Shown: positions 7,831 to 16,340 of the stretch, piece after piece
Layout of the letters: every line of letters begins with the position of its first letter
Numbering within the stretch: the stretch's first letter is position 1
From: Opitutales bacterium
Lineage (GTDB): Bacteria > Verrucomicrobiota > Verrucomicrobiia > Opitutales > T3Sed10-336
NCBI GenBank assembly: GCA_007132315.1
Contig: SLOW01000286.1
Location: 1-37,315, forward strand
Direction of reading: 5' to 3'
DNA: 37,315 nucleotides
Program-made: the position numbers and the translations under genes
Notes under the pieces: model-generated
The model's database searches: none
What the model saw: only the letters and a program-made list of their open reading frames with translations
What the model was told of the DNA's origin: nothing

Positions 7831-10800
7831 ATGAACGGATCTCCTGAAAGTGGCGACGAAGACGAACTGGAGGTGGGGGAGCTTCTTGGGAATTACCGGA
7901 TCGAGCGCCAGCTCGGTCACGGCGGCATGGGGGCGGTGTATCTCGCGCGGCATGACCGGCTCGGGAGAGAGGCGGCCTTGAAGGTTGTCGCTCGCAGTTT
8001 GACCGTCTCGGGAGAGGAGACGTTTCAAAGGAAGTTTCATGAGGAGGGCGGGCTGATGGCCTCGCTCGAACACGAGCATATCGTTCGTGTGTTCGATGCG
8101 GGAGAGTCTCATGGACGTTACTATTTGGCCATGGAGTACCTGGCCGGCGGGGATTTGGAGGAACGAAAGCGCACTTGCGGGGGCAGACTTCCGCCCGCCG
8201 AAGTCGCGGGTTACCTCGAGCAGCTCCTGGACGCCCTGATTTACGCTCACGGCAAGGATATTGTTCACCGCGACCTCAAGCCGGCGAACTTGCTTCTGAG
8301 TGAGAAGGGCACCATCAAGGTGTGCGACTTCGGCCTCGCGCGGGTTGTGGGGGACACGTTTGAACAGTCGGTCATCGAGCGCAGTCATCTCGCTTCCAGG
8401 GTCGGAGACGCCCGGACCCGGTTGGGGTCGGTGGGCACCGGAGACCGCTCGGGAACCCTTTACTACATGGCTCCCGAGGTATTGAAAGGCAATCCCGCCG
8501 ACGCGCGCAGCGACTTGTACGCGGTCGGGGTGATCGCCTATTACCTCCTGACCGGCGACAAGCCGATCGGCGCTTACAAACCGGCGAGTGCGATCGTCAA
8601 GGGTCTGGACCGGGGCTGGGACAAGTGGTTGAACAAAGTGCTGCAATCCGAACCCGACGACCGAACTCCCAGCGCGCGGGATGCCCTGCACGGGTTGTCG
8701 CGGCTTCGCCGCACACTGAGAGGCGTCAAGGCTCCCGCATCCCCCGCGTCGAATGCGTCGAAAGTCGCGGGTTGGTCGGCGGCGGCGGTCGCGACCATGG
8801 TGCTCACATACTTCGTTCTTCCGGAAGAAACCGGTGTGTTTCACGCCGAAATTGAGAATCCCGGATTACAGGACGACGAACGCTTGGAGATTGTGGTGGA
8901 CCGGCGCGAGGGCAGATCCACACCGCGGGTTTTGGGGAACTTGATATCTTTCGGGCCGGGCGAGAAATTGCGGAATCGCTTGAGAAGACCCTTCCCCGAA
9001 CGCGCGGTGTCATCCGCGGATGGCGGGTTGCGGAAGGAGGTACCCGCGGGGACGCGACGGGTGCTGTTGCGGCACCCGTATCATGTGCCTTTGTCCATCG
9101 ACTTGGAGGTGGATTCGCGCGGATTCGTCAGTGAGACTGTTGAACTGGTGCGGGGGACCGGACGCTTGGAGATGCGATTCGCAATGGCCGAATCCGATCT
9201 TGATCTGTTCAAGACGGAGGGCGGCCCGGTCATTCGCGTCAACGGACAGCCCATGGACGGCTGGTGGCGGGAGGAGTCTTTGTTCGTTGATTCCTTTCCG
9301 GCGGGCCGCGGTGAAGTCGAACTCGATCATCCGTTCTTCGAAGTGAAGAGCTTTACGTATGATATCGAAACCTATGAGGTCCAGGTCGCGGATGTGGAAC
9401 CCGCCCGCAGTACCGGATCCGTGAGTCTCGATCTCGACCCGTCCGACACCGGCTGGCGTGTCGAAGATGATCAGGAGGTTGTCGAAGAGGGAACCGGTCC
9501 CGGCCGGATCGACCTTCCGGCCGGTTCTTTTGTTTTTGTTGCAAGCCGCCGGGGCTTTGAGACGCCGCCGCGATCATTCGTTCTGGAGCGCGGGGACGAA
9601 TTGGCGTTTGAAGAGTCACTGTTTGGCGATATCGCCCTGGAATTCGTCAACGAACGCCTTTTGGGGGACGAAAATCTGAATGTCGCGCTCGAAGGATCGT
9701 CGATTGACTATGTTTGGGACGGTCCCACGGTGCGCCTTTCCGAGATACCTGCCGGAGAATGTGAACTGGTCTTGACGCATCCCAACTATGAGACGCGATC
9801 GCTCACCCTGAACGTGTCGGCCGACAGAGAAACGGATTATGCGTTGGAGTTATCCCGGGGCGAAGGGCGCGTCGAAGTGATCACCGTTCCCGAATCGTTG
9901 GAATGGGTTCTGGAGCATGCCGAGGGTGAAGCCGACCGAGTTGTGGGCGCCGGCGACTGGACGGGGAGCCTCCCCACCGGGGAATACGTTCTCGGCGGGG
10001 AACTCGACGGGTACGAGCCTGTGGAGAAAGAGTTAACGGTCAATTTGAACGAAGACCATCCGATCGCCCTGGAAACGGTCCGAAGCAAAGGCGCGATCGA
10101 CATCGCGATAACCAATCTCGAGGCCGGTCACGATGTTCAACAGGTTGATCTTCGCGTCGGTGGACGAGAGCGGGAATGGACTCGCCGGGATGGGTTGTTT
10201 CGAGTGAACGGAGTTGCCGCCGGTGAACACGAAATTTCGGCGGCTCACCCCAGGGTGGGGCAATCCACGGCGATGACCACGGTGGAGCACAACGAAACGG
10301 CATCGGTGGAACTGACCTTGGGTCAGGTAGACCCCGTGATTTTAGAAATGCCTTCATTCTCACTGGAACACGGAGCCTCTGTAGTTGCCGTGGCCTGGGC
10401 TCCGAACGGTGTCCGTTTGGCAACTTGCGGCGCGGATGGGGTGGTTCGCCTTTGGAATGTTGTGAATCGCGAGGAGATTACGCGGATTGACGGACATGTC
10501 GGAAGGGTCACGTCCGCGGCGTTTTCGCCCGATGGAGACAGATTGCTCACCGGGGGCGAAGATGGAACCGTTCGTGTGTGGGATGCCGCATCCGGAGAAT
10601 CGGTCCGCGATCTCGAATGGACCGGCGGCGGAGTGACCTCGGTGGCGTTTTCGCCCGGCACCGAAAACCTCGCGCTGGCGGGTGGCGAACGCGGGATTCT
10701 ACGCCTTTGGCGCGTAGCCGAAGGCGAGGTTCTGCTGGACCTGGAGGGACACGAGGGAGGGATCAACTCGATCGCGTTTTCTCCATGCGGCGAAAAGGCG

Positions 10801-11238
10801 CTCAGTGGCGCTCATGACAGGACGGCCCGGTTGTGGAGGCTGGCCACGGGAGAGGAATCGACTCCCACTTTTGAGCACCGGCGCCTTGGTGTCAACGCGG
10901 TGGCTTTCTCCGCTGATGGAGAGCGAATCCTGACCGGAGTGAATGACAACACCGCCCGGCTTTGGAGGGCGGAGACGCGCGAGGAATTGCGCGTATTTCT
11001 CGGGCACGAGCACAGCGTGCAGTCCGTGGATTTTTCGTCCGAGGGACAGCGGATACTCACAACCGGCGGTTGGGACGGAACCACACGGGTATGGAACGCT
11101 AATATGGGCTGGGAGTTGTATCGTATCAAAACAAACGGACGTTTTTTGTGCGCCGCCTTTTCGCCTGACAGACGGAGTATGGTCGTGACGGGCAACGCCG
11201 ACGGGGAGGCGGCGATTTGGCTCTTGGATGAGCGATGA
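7831..11238 (+). CDS. Hanks-type Ser/Thr protein kinase with TM helix, ~6 PEGA-like repeats and 7 WD40 repeats
   Basis: Kinase motifs are LGHGGMGAVY, AALKV, HRDLKPANLL, DFGLAR and YYMAPE. The TM helix is VAGWSAAAVATMVLTYFVLP (about nt 8764-8823). PEGA-like units repeat, for example GECELVLTHPNYETRSLTLNV and GEYVLGGELDGYEPVEKELTV. Seven WD40 units (..FSPDG..LLTGGEDGTVRVWD..) span about nt 10363-11235. The start is taken at ATG 7831; the ORF track opens at GTG 7720. Confidence 0.85.
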   Translation: MNGSPESGDEDELEVGELLGNYRIERQLGHGGMGAVYLARHDRLGREAALKVVARSLTVSGEETFQRKFHEEGGLMASLEHEHIVRVFDAGESHGRYYLAMEYLAGGDLEERKRTCGGRLPPAEVAGYLEQLLDALIYAHGKDIVHRDLKPANLLLSEKGTIKVCDFGLARVVGDTFEQSVIERSHLASRVGDARTRLGSVGTGDRSGTLYYMAPEVLKGNPADARSDLYAVGVIAYYLLTGDKPIGAYKPASAIVKGLDRGWDKWLNKVLQSEPDDRTPSARDALHGLSRLRRTLRGVKAPASPASNASKVAGWSAAAVATMVLTYFVLPEETGVFHAEIENPGLQDDERLEIVVDRREGRSTPRVLGNLISFGPGEKLRNRLRRPFPERAVSSADGGLRKEVPAGTRRVLLRHPYHVPLSIDLEVDSRGFVSETVELVRGTGRLEMRFAMAESDLDLFKTEGGPVIRVNGQPMDGWWREESLFVDSFPAGRGEVELDHPFFEVKSFTYDIETYEVQVADVEPARSTGSVSLDLDPSDTGWRVEDDQEVVEEGTGPGRIDLPAGSFVFVASRRGFETPPRSFVLERGDELAFEESLFGDIALEFVNERLLGDENLNVALEGSSIDYVWDGPTVRLSEIPAGECELVLTHPNYETRSLTLNVSADRETDYALELSRGEGRVEVITVPESLEWVLEHAEGEADRVVGAGDWTGSLPTGEYVLGGELDGYEPVEKELTVNLNEDHPIALETVRSKGAIDIAITNLEAGHDVQQVDLRVGGREREWTRRDGLFRVNGVAAGEHEISAAHPRVGQSTAMTTVEHNETASVELTLGQVDPVILEMPSFSLEHGASVVAVAWAPNGVRLATCGADGVVRLWNVVNREEITRIDGHVGRVTSAAFSPDGDRLLTGGEDGTVRVWDAASGESVRDLEWTGGGVTSVAFSPGTENLALAGGERGILRLWRVAEGEVLLDLEGHEGGINSIAFSPCGEKALSGAHDRTARLWRLATGEESTPTFEHRRLGVNAVAFSADGERILTGVNDNTARLWRAETREELRVFLGHEHSVQSVDFSSEGQRILTTGGWDGTTRVWNANMGWELYRIKTNGRFLCAAFSPDRRSMVVTGNADGEAAIWLLDER

Positions 11239-11246
11239 GTCGAAAC

Positions 11247-11277
11247 TTGACAATTTCGGATGTGAGCGTGTTAAGAA
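11247..11277 (+). promoter_or_regulatory. sigma70-like promoter candidate upstream of the small FHA gene
   Basis: TTGACA (11247-11252) is followed after 18-19 nt by TTAAGAAT (11271-11278). This is pattern only, and the promoter consensus for this lineage is unknown. Confidence 0.2.
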
Positions 11278-11426
11278 TGTCATACACAAGGTGCCGATAT
11301 CAATCCTCCGGGGATTGTTCGCATCGGAACAGCGTTTCGTGCTCTCGTGACGCTCCCGTCTGTTCGGGACGATTTTATGGATGCTTTCCTCAATAATAAC
11401 GACCACCCTCAACACAAGGCACTATC

Positions 11427-11798
11427 ATGGCAGCTATCATCGTCGGATCCGGTCCGATGGAAGGCGTTTACCTTCCTTTAAGGCATAAAACGGCCATTGT
11501 CGGTCGCGGCGAAGCCGTCGATCTTCAAATCGTTGAAGACAGTATATCCCGAAAACATCTGCGGATACAGTTTGACACGGACGAAGAGCGATATGTCGCG
11601 CTCGATATGGGCAGCCGCAACGGCTCCTGGATCAATGGCCAACCCTTGAAGAACGAAACATTCCTCCAACCCGACGACGAGATTGTGGTTGGAAACACCA
11701 AGTTGCTTTTTTCCGTAACCGTTCCCAAAGACAAAGCCAACGCGCTGGAGATTTACCAAAGCGCCGGTCAGCGCCGGTACAGCACGCGAAGGGTTTAG
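11427..11798 (+). CDS. small single-domain FHA protein
   Basis: 123 aa. FHA signature: IVGRGEAVDLQIVEDSISRKHLRIQFD..YVALDMGSRNGSWINGQPL..DDEIVVGNTKLLF. Confidence 0.85.
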   Translation: MAAIIVGSGPMEGVYLPLRHKTAIVGRGEAVDLQIVEDSISRKHLRIQFDTDEERYVALDMGSRNGSWINGQPLKNETFLQPDDEIVVGNTKLLFSVTVPKDKANALEIYQSAGQRRYSTRRV

Positions 11799-11969
11799 AA
11801 TGGAAAAATCGCGAACGTTGTTGCCAATAGGTCAAATTTTTCAAATGGATCCGGAAAAGGCAACTCACGCTTCCATCGCGAGTTTAGCACACAAGATGCG
11901 TGCACTGCTCTGGAGGCTGAGGCAACACCGTTAGCATCCCGACGGGATGCCAGGCACGAATTAAATACC

Positions 11970-14180
11970 ATGAAAACCATTCTCCCCACCCGCATATTCT
12001 TAGTCCTGTTTGCGTTTATGGTCGTTTTCGCCATGGCCGACAAAGCGCACACAGAGGATTCTTCCGGGGAGCCGAGTGTCATGGATCTGATCCTGGAGCG
12101 TGCCGTGGAGAATACTGCGGTCGAAGTCGATGGTGTTTGGGTGCCGCTGGTCATTGACGAGATCACCTGGAGAGAAGCGTCTCCGGAAGATTGGCAGGAA
12201 AATCTCCGGTCCAGGATCACATACGCCCAAAGACGTTACGAAGAGCTTGCGGAACGCACGGTCGCGCCCGCTCTGGAGAGGCAGTTCCGCGACGTGGCCC
12301 GCCGTTTTGAGGACGCCTGGGAAGCCCAGGACGTGGAGGAGCTCAACCGTCTCTTTCACACCTTTATCGAAGTGCCGACACCCGGATCCCTGCAGGCGAT
12401 CCAGGTGATCACCGATTCCAAACGACGCGGCGCGAACGCTATAATGGAAGCATTCCGGCGCCACGGGCGGGACGCCGAGGCGGATGCCGTTCGTGACGCG
12501 TTGGAGGCGGACAATCTGATCGCGATGGACGGAGCCATGGGGGATAATCTTCTGGCTGTCGGCCGGTTTCACGATCTCGATATCCTGTTTGTCAGCCTTG
12601 ATTCCGGCCCCGCTACGTTCATTGCCGATTTGGAAACGCCGGTTTTGCGCCGCGAATACGAGCTCGCCGAGGGCGAAGAGCGCCTGACGGCGGAACGAAT
12701 GGAACGTGTCGAATTGAGCTACCGCCGATACCGATTGCGGCAACACGAAAGCCGGGAATGGGAGTTCGCTTTCCGGGCCGGCGATTATTCCGTTGAGCGC
12801 GGTGAGTTTCGATCCGCGCTCGAATTGTCTGCCGAGCACGATGGACCGGAGAACGGTGTCGCCGGTGAAACCGCCTGGGAATTCCGCTTCGATGGACCGG
12901 TCTTGGCGACGGGATCCGGTATGGTGACCGATAAATTGAGGTTCGAACGTCCCGGGGAGTACGCGGTGCGCTTCTCGGGCGAAACCGATTGGCAGTCTCC
13001 GTTTTCCGTCTCGACACGGTTTATGCCGCCGGAGATTGTCACAACCTATCGCGGCGATGAGGGCACGAGGTTGACCGAGGAGCGACTCGAGTTTTCCGGT
13101 GAAGGAGACGATCCGTTCCGCGGGCAGACTGATTTGAGCCGGCACTGGCAATTGGAGGTCGAGGTGACCGACTCGGAAGTCGTGAACGGGCAATACCGGG
13201 CCGCCGCACGTCTCGCGGAAACCCGTGGTGACGGATCGGTTGATGCGGACAGTCTCTCCTGGGAAGTGCGATCTCCCGGAGGCGAGGTCCTGGGTGGCGA
13301 TTCCGGTGGAGAGACGCCGATCATGAGCTTTGAAGAGTCCGATTCTTATGCGTTTAAATTCACTGGTTCGACCGATTGGGATTCGCCGTTTGAGATTACG
13401 GAAGACTTGCCGAATCCGGAAATCGTCCCGGTTTATGACGACGAAGAGGGCAGGACGCTGTCCGAGGAAAGGACGGTTTTCTCCGTTCCGGAAGATGAGC
13501 GGCCGTCGGGCCAGGTGGATATCGTGCGCGATTGGGATTTTCAGGCGGAAGTGGTGGAGCACGGCATTAGCAACGGGCGGTTCGGAGTCATTGTGCGTTT
13601 GAACGAACGGAACCGGGAAGGTTCAGGCCTTCGAGGTCATACCCTGGCGTGGGACGCTTATAACCCGGATGGCAGTCTCTTCCAGTCCGGGCAGGGAACC
13701 GAAACCAGCCTCCTGCCCTTTGACGAAGGCGGCGAGTACTCCATCGAGTTTCTTGGCGAAACCGATTGGCGTTTTCCGTTCCGGATTGCGTATTCTCTGC
13801 GGCATCCCAATATAACCCCGTTCTACTCCGGCGACGAAGGCGGGCGCCTGGTGGCGGAAGAGATGTCTTATGGCGGCGGCGACTCCTCGCCCGAGGATCA
13901 GAGGCGCGAATGGGACTTCGACCTGCAATTGCTCAATGAGCGCATCGTCAACGACGAGTATCAGGCAACCGTGCGCCTGACCGAACGCCGACGGGGGCGC
14001 GGCTTTCAAACCACCGGCTGGCGCGTTCTCGGCCGGGGCGACACCGTTTATGATGAAGGAGATTCCGAACAGGCGAATCTGACTTTCACCGACCCGGGCG
14101 AATACCACATCGAATTGTCCGGTATCACCGACTGGGGCTCCCCATTCACGGTCAGAAGTGTTTTTAATATACAGTTTTAG
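11970..14180 (+). CDS. secreted protein with helical N-domain and four tandem ~129-aa repeats (unknown family)
   Basis: Signal peptide MKTILPTRIFLVLFAFMVVFAMA. Four repeats each end in a G-x-TDW-x-(S/F)PF motif: FSGETDWQSPFSV, FTGSTDWDSPFEI, FLGETDWRFPFRI, LSGITDWGSPFTV. Confidence 0.8.
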   Translation: MKTILPTRIFLVLFAFMVVFAMADKAHTEDSSGEPSVMDLILERAVENTAVEVDGVWVPLVIDEITWREASPEDWQENLRSRITYAQRRYEELAERTVAPALERQFRDVARRFEDAWEAQDVEELNRLFHTFIEVPTPGSLQAIQVITDSKRRGANAIMEAFRRHGRDAEADAVRDALEADNLIAMDGAMGDNLLAVGRFHDLDILFVSLDSGPATFIADLETPVLRREYELAEGEERLTAERMERVELSYRRYRLRQHESREWEFAFRAGDYSVERGEFRSALELSAEHDGPENGVAGETAWEFRFDGPVLATGSGMVTDKLRFERPGEYAVRFSGETDWQSPFSVSTRFMPPEIVTTYRGDEGTRLTEERLEFSGEGDDPFRGQTDLSRHWQLEVEVTDSEVVNGQYRAAARLAETRGDGSVDADSLSWEVRSPGGEVLGGDSGGETPIMSFEESDSYAFKFTGSTDWDSPFEITEDLPNPEIVPVYDDEEGRTLSEERTVFSVPEDERPSGQVDIVRDWDFQAEVVEHGISNGRFGVIVRLNERNREGSGLRGHTLAWDAYNPDGSLFQSGQGTETSLLPFDEGGEYSIEFLGETDWRFPFRIAYSLRHPNITPFYSGDEGGRLVAEEMSYGGGDSSPEDQRREWDFDLQLLNERIVNDEYQATVRLTERRRGRGFQTTGWRVLGRGDTVYDEGDSEQANLTFTDPGEYHIELSGITDWGSPFTVRSVFNIQF
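12639..14177 (+). repeat. four tandem protein-level repeats (period ~129 aa, ~387 nt) inside the 736-aa ORF
   Basis: Repeat boundaries fall at about aa 224, 352, 481 and 611. Shared landmarks are P-(E/N)-I-(V/T)-x-x-Y-x-(G/D)-(D/E)-EG-x-x-L-x-(E/A)-E, W-(E/D)-F and GE/GS-TDW-x-(S/F)PF. The repeats have diverged at the DNA level. Confidence 0.75.
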
Positions 14181-14200
14181 CCACAATAAGTTTAGCCTGA

Positions 14201-14576
14201 AGAATCAAGCGCATTGTTGCAGGCATTCGTAAGCGTTTTGAGCGGACCGTTTTGGTGTTCCGCGCCGACAGTCACCACACCAAGCCGCAGGTGATGGATT
14301 GAATGCGGGAAAACAACGTGCAATGGGTGACGGGGCTCGCCGAAGAAGCGCCTAAACAAGAAATGTTGCGATGTAATCGAACAGGCTCAGCAGGCTTATG
14401 AGAAAAACAAGTGCGAGGGCCATGCGGGCGATGAAGTGCGTCACTTCTGCAGTGGTTTCCACGCGGCCGGAACCCGGAGCCGGTCCGAGCGGGTGGTTTG
14501 CCGTGTGATCGCCGGGCCGCTGGGCGTGGACGTGCGCTACATCGTCACGAGCTTCGAGGGCTGCAACGCGAAGTTG
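14201..14576 (+). pseudogene. IS1380-family-like DDE transposase remnant (internal fragment with in-frame stop and frameshift)
   Basis: One frame reads RIKRIVAGIRKRFERTVLVFRADSHHTKPQVMD*MRENNVQWVTGLAEEAPKQEM. A second frame reads VRHFCSGFHAAGTRSRSERVVCRVIAGPLGVDVRYIVTSFEGCNAKL*. Both match my recollection of IS1380 blocks (RADSGF.., SW..RRVV.R.E...G.D.RF.VT). N- and C-terminal parts are missing. Confidence 0.4.
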
Positions 14577-15280
14577 TAGGCGAGGATTTTCTCGTACATT
14601 TCTTCGCTCACCGATTCAATCCCACGTCGTTCCATTCGGTCGAATGCGAAGCTGTGCTTTACTTTGACAATGAACGCGGCGCTTTGGTCGACCACACTGA
14701 GAATACGTTGATGCACCTTCGCCTTAATGCCATTTTCGACACGGTCACCGGCCTGCTTCATTTTGTGTGATGCCATACCAGATCTTCGTCGATTTGATCG
14801 AGAAGGGCCCGGCAGGCCTCCCGTTGAAGTGACGTCAGATCCGTATTGCCGGGAAGCTCGTCAAACGGGCACAAAACTTTCCTGATGAGCCTCTCGAAGG
14901 TCTTACAGGCGCAAACACCCACCCTCCGATAGCCATTGCGGCGCAACCTCAATAACATGCAACCCATTTTTATTATTCCCGGAAAATCGGGAAGCGGCGG
15001 TGACCGCGGCGGCAGGTCCGTGCGACGAATCCATGACATTCGTTGGAATGACGCTCTCGGTTATGGAGCTAGATCGATGTACCTTAGTACTTAGGATTCC
15101 AGCCTGAATGAACACGATGGAAGCGTATTCTTTGGGCTTAACCGAGTAGCATTCGGGGTAGGCCGGTGGGGCGTCGGTCCCACCAATGAGCGTTACCCGC
15201 ACCCGGACGAAATTAACTTGCCGATGGGCGTGGCTTGTTTTAATCCATAAACAGTTGCCATCCTATAACCGCCATTTATC

Positions 15281-16309
15281 ATGCAACACATCATCATAGC
15301 CGGCTTCGGATTCATGGGCACGATGCACGCCCAGATCTATCAAAAACTCAAACAGGCCCGCATCGTCGCTGTGGTTGACACGGCGACTGCGAGAGCCAGG
15401 GCCTCAATGAAAAAGCTTGGGGTGGAGGCACCGCTCTACGACGATTTGGCCCGCGCACTTGCCGAGGTGGAGGCCGAAGTTGTCGACATCTGCCTGCCCA
15501 CCGACCTGCACCTCTCGAACGCGCTCCTTGCCATCAAGGCGGGCAGGCACGTCTTTTGCGAAAAGCCGATCGCGTTAACGAGCTCAGACGGGTGGAAGAT
15601 AGCAAAAGCAGCCGCCGAGGCCGGTGTTACCGCGCAAGTTGGCCAATGCATACGCTTCTGGCCGGAGTATATGGCCTTCAAGAACCTCCTTGAGTCCGGC
15701 AAAGCGGGCAAACTGGTGAGCCTCACCCTGCAACGCCGCTCCGCACTGCCCAGTCACAGCAGCGACCATTGGCTTCTCGATCCGAAACGTTCCGGAGGGG
15801 CGGCTGTCGATCTCCACATCCACGACACCGATTTCATTCTTTATCTCTTCGGGATGCCGGAGGCGGTTCGTTCGTTCAGTCCCGGGTCAGAACCTTGGTC
15901 ATCCCAGATCTTCACCCAATACCTTTACGAGAGAATTTGCGTGACGGCCGAATGCGGCTGGAACTATCCGCGTAAATGGGGTTTCCAGATGGCTTTTCAA
16001 GCCGTTTTTGAGGACGGTGCGGTGGAATACGACAATGGCGCGGATCCGACGATTACCGTCACCCTTGGCCGGGGACAAAAGAAGCCCTTGCCCTTCAAGA
16101 ACCCCTCCATCGGAAGTTCCGTTACAGGATCCGGTAATGTTTCCGCGCTCGGCGGTTACTTCAACGAGTTGCAAAGCTTCGTTCGCTCCCTCGATGCCGG
16201 GCGCGCTCCAGAAACCGCGACGCCCGACGAGGCCACGCGAAGCCTCGAAATCGTTCTTGCCGAACTTGAATCCGTCAAAACCCGAAAGCAGGTTTCCCTC
16301 AAGCCTTAG
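15281..16309 (+). CDS. Gfo/Idh/MocA-family NAD(P)-dependent oxidoreductase
   Basis: N-terminal Rossmann IIIAGFGFMGTMHAQIY. Family motif AGRHVFCEKPIAL. It is a paralog of the C-terminal half of the 626-aa fusion, with a shared block IRFWPE..GG..DLHIHDTDF. Confidence 0.85.
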   Translation: MQHIIIAGFGFMGTMHAQIYQKLKQARIVAVVDTATARARASMKKLGVEAPLYDDLARALAEVEAEVVDICLPTDLHLSNALLAIKAGRHVFCEKPIALTSSDGWKIAKAAAEAGVTAQVGQCIRFWPEYMAFKNLLESGKAGKLVSLTLQRRSALPSHSSDHWLLDPKRSGGAAVDLHIHDTDFILYLFGMPEAVRSFSPGSEPWSSQIFTQYLYERICVTAECGWNYPRKWGFQMAFQAVFEDGAVEYDNGADPTITVTLGRGQKKPLPFKNPSIGSSVTGSGNVSALGGYFNELQSFVRSLDAGRAPETATPDEATRSLEIVLAELESVKTRKQVSLKP

Positions 16310-16340
16310 AAAGGACGGTTTTCATCCACTCGGAAAAACC

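Noticed and set aside
7321-8844. 507-aa minus-strand ORF opposite the lipoprotein and kinase genes
   Set aside because: It is a shadow ORF spanning two real genes. The kinase catalytic motifs are unambiguous on the plus strand.
3137-11798. Interpretation as the type VI secretion threonine-phosphorylation regulators (PpkA/PppA/Fha1)
   Set aside because: No T6SS structural genes (TssB/C, Hcp, VgrG, TssM and others) occur in the window. The kinase ectodomain and partner genes also differ.
11934-11950. GCATCCC-GAC-GGGATGC hairpin after the small FHA gene as a terminator
   Set aside because: No U-tract follows it. It lies only 20 nt before the next start codon. It may be a minor RNA structure but does not convince as a terminator.
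12000-13562. 520-aa minus-strand ORF opposite the repeat-protein gene
   Set aside because: It is a shadow ORF. The plus-strand frame has a signal peptide and an internally consistent four-fold repeat structure.
14537-15039. Two overlapping minus-strand ORFs (79 and 93 aa), considered as the missing C-terminal part of the transposase or as a toxin-antitoxin pair
   Set aside because: Their orientation is opposite to the IS1380-like fragment. A VENGIKAK string only loosely resembles the EN.IKE block. I could not match any family with confidence.
16008-16340. N-terminal 111-aa extension of the TIM-barrel ORF in the ORF track
   Set aside because: It would overlap the 3' third of the GFO gene in another frame and is Pro/Ser/Arg-rich. 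The internal ATG 16341 gives a normal-length protein 29 nt after the GFO stop.
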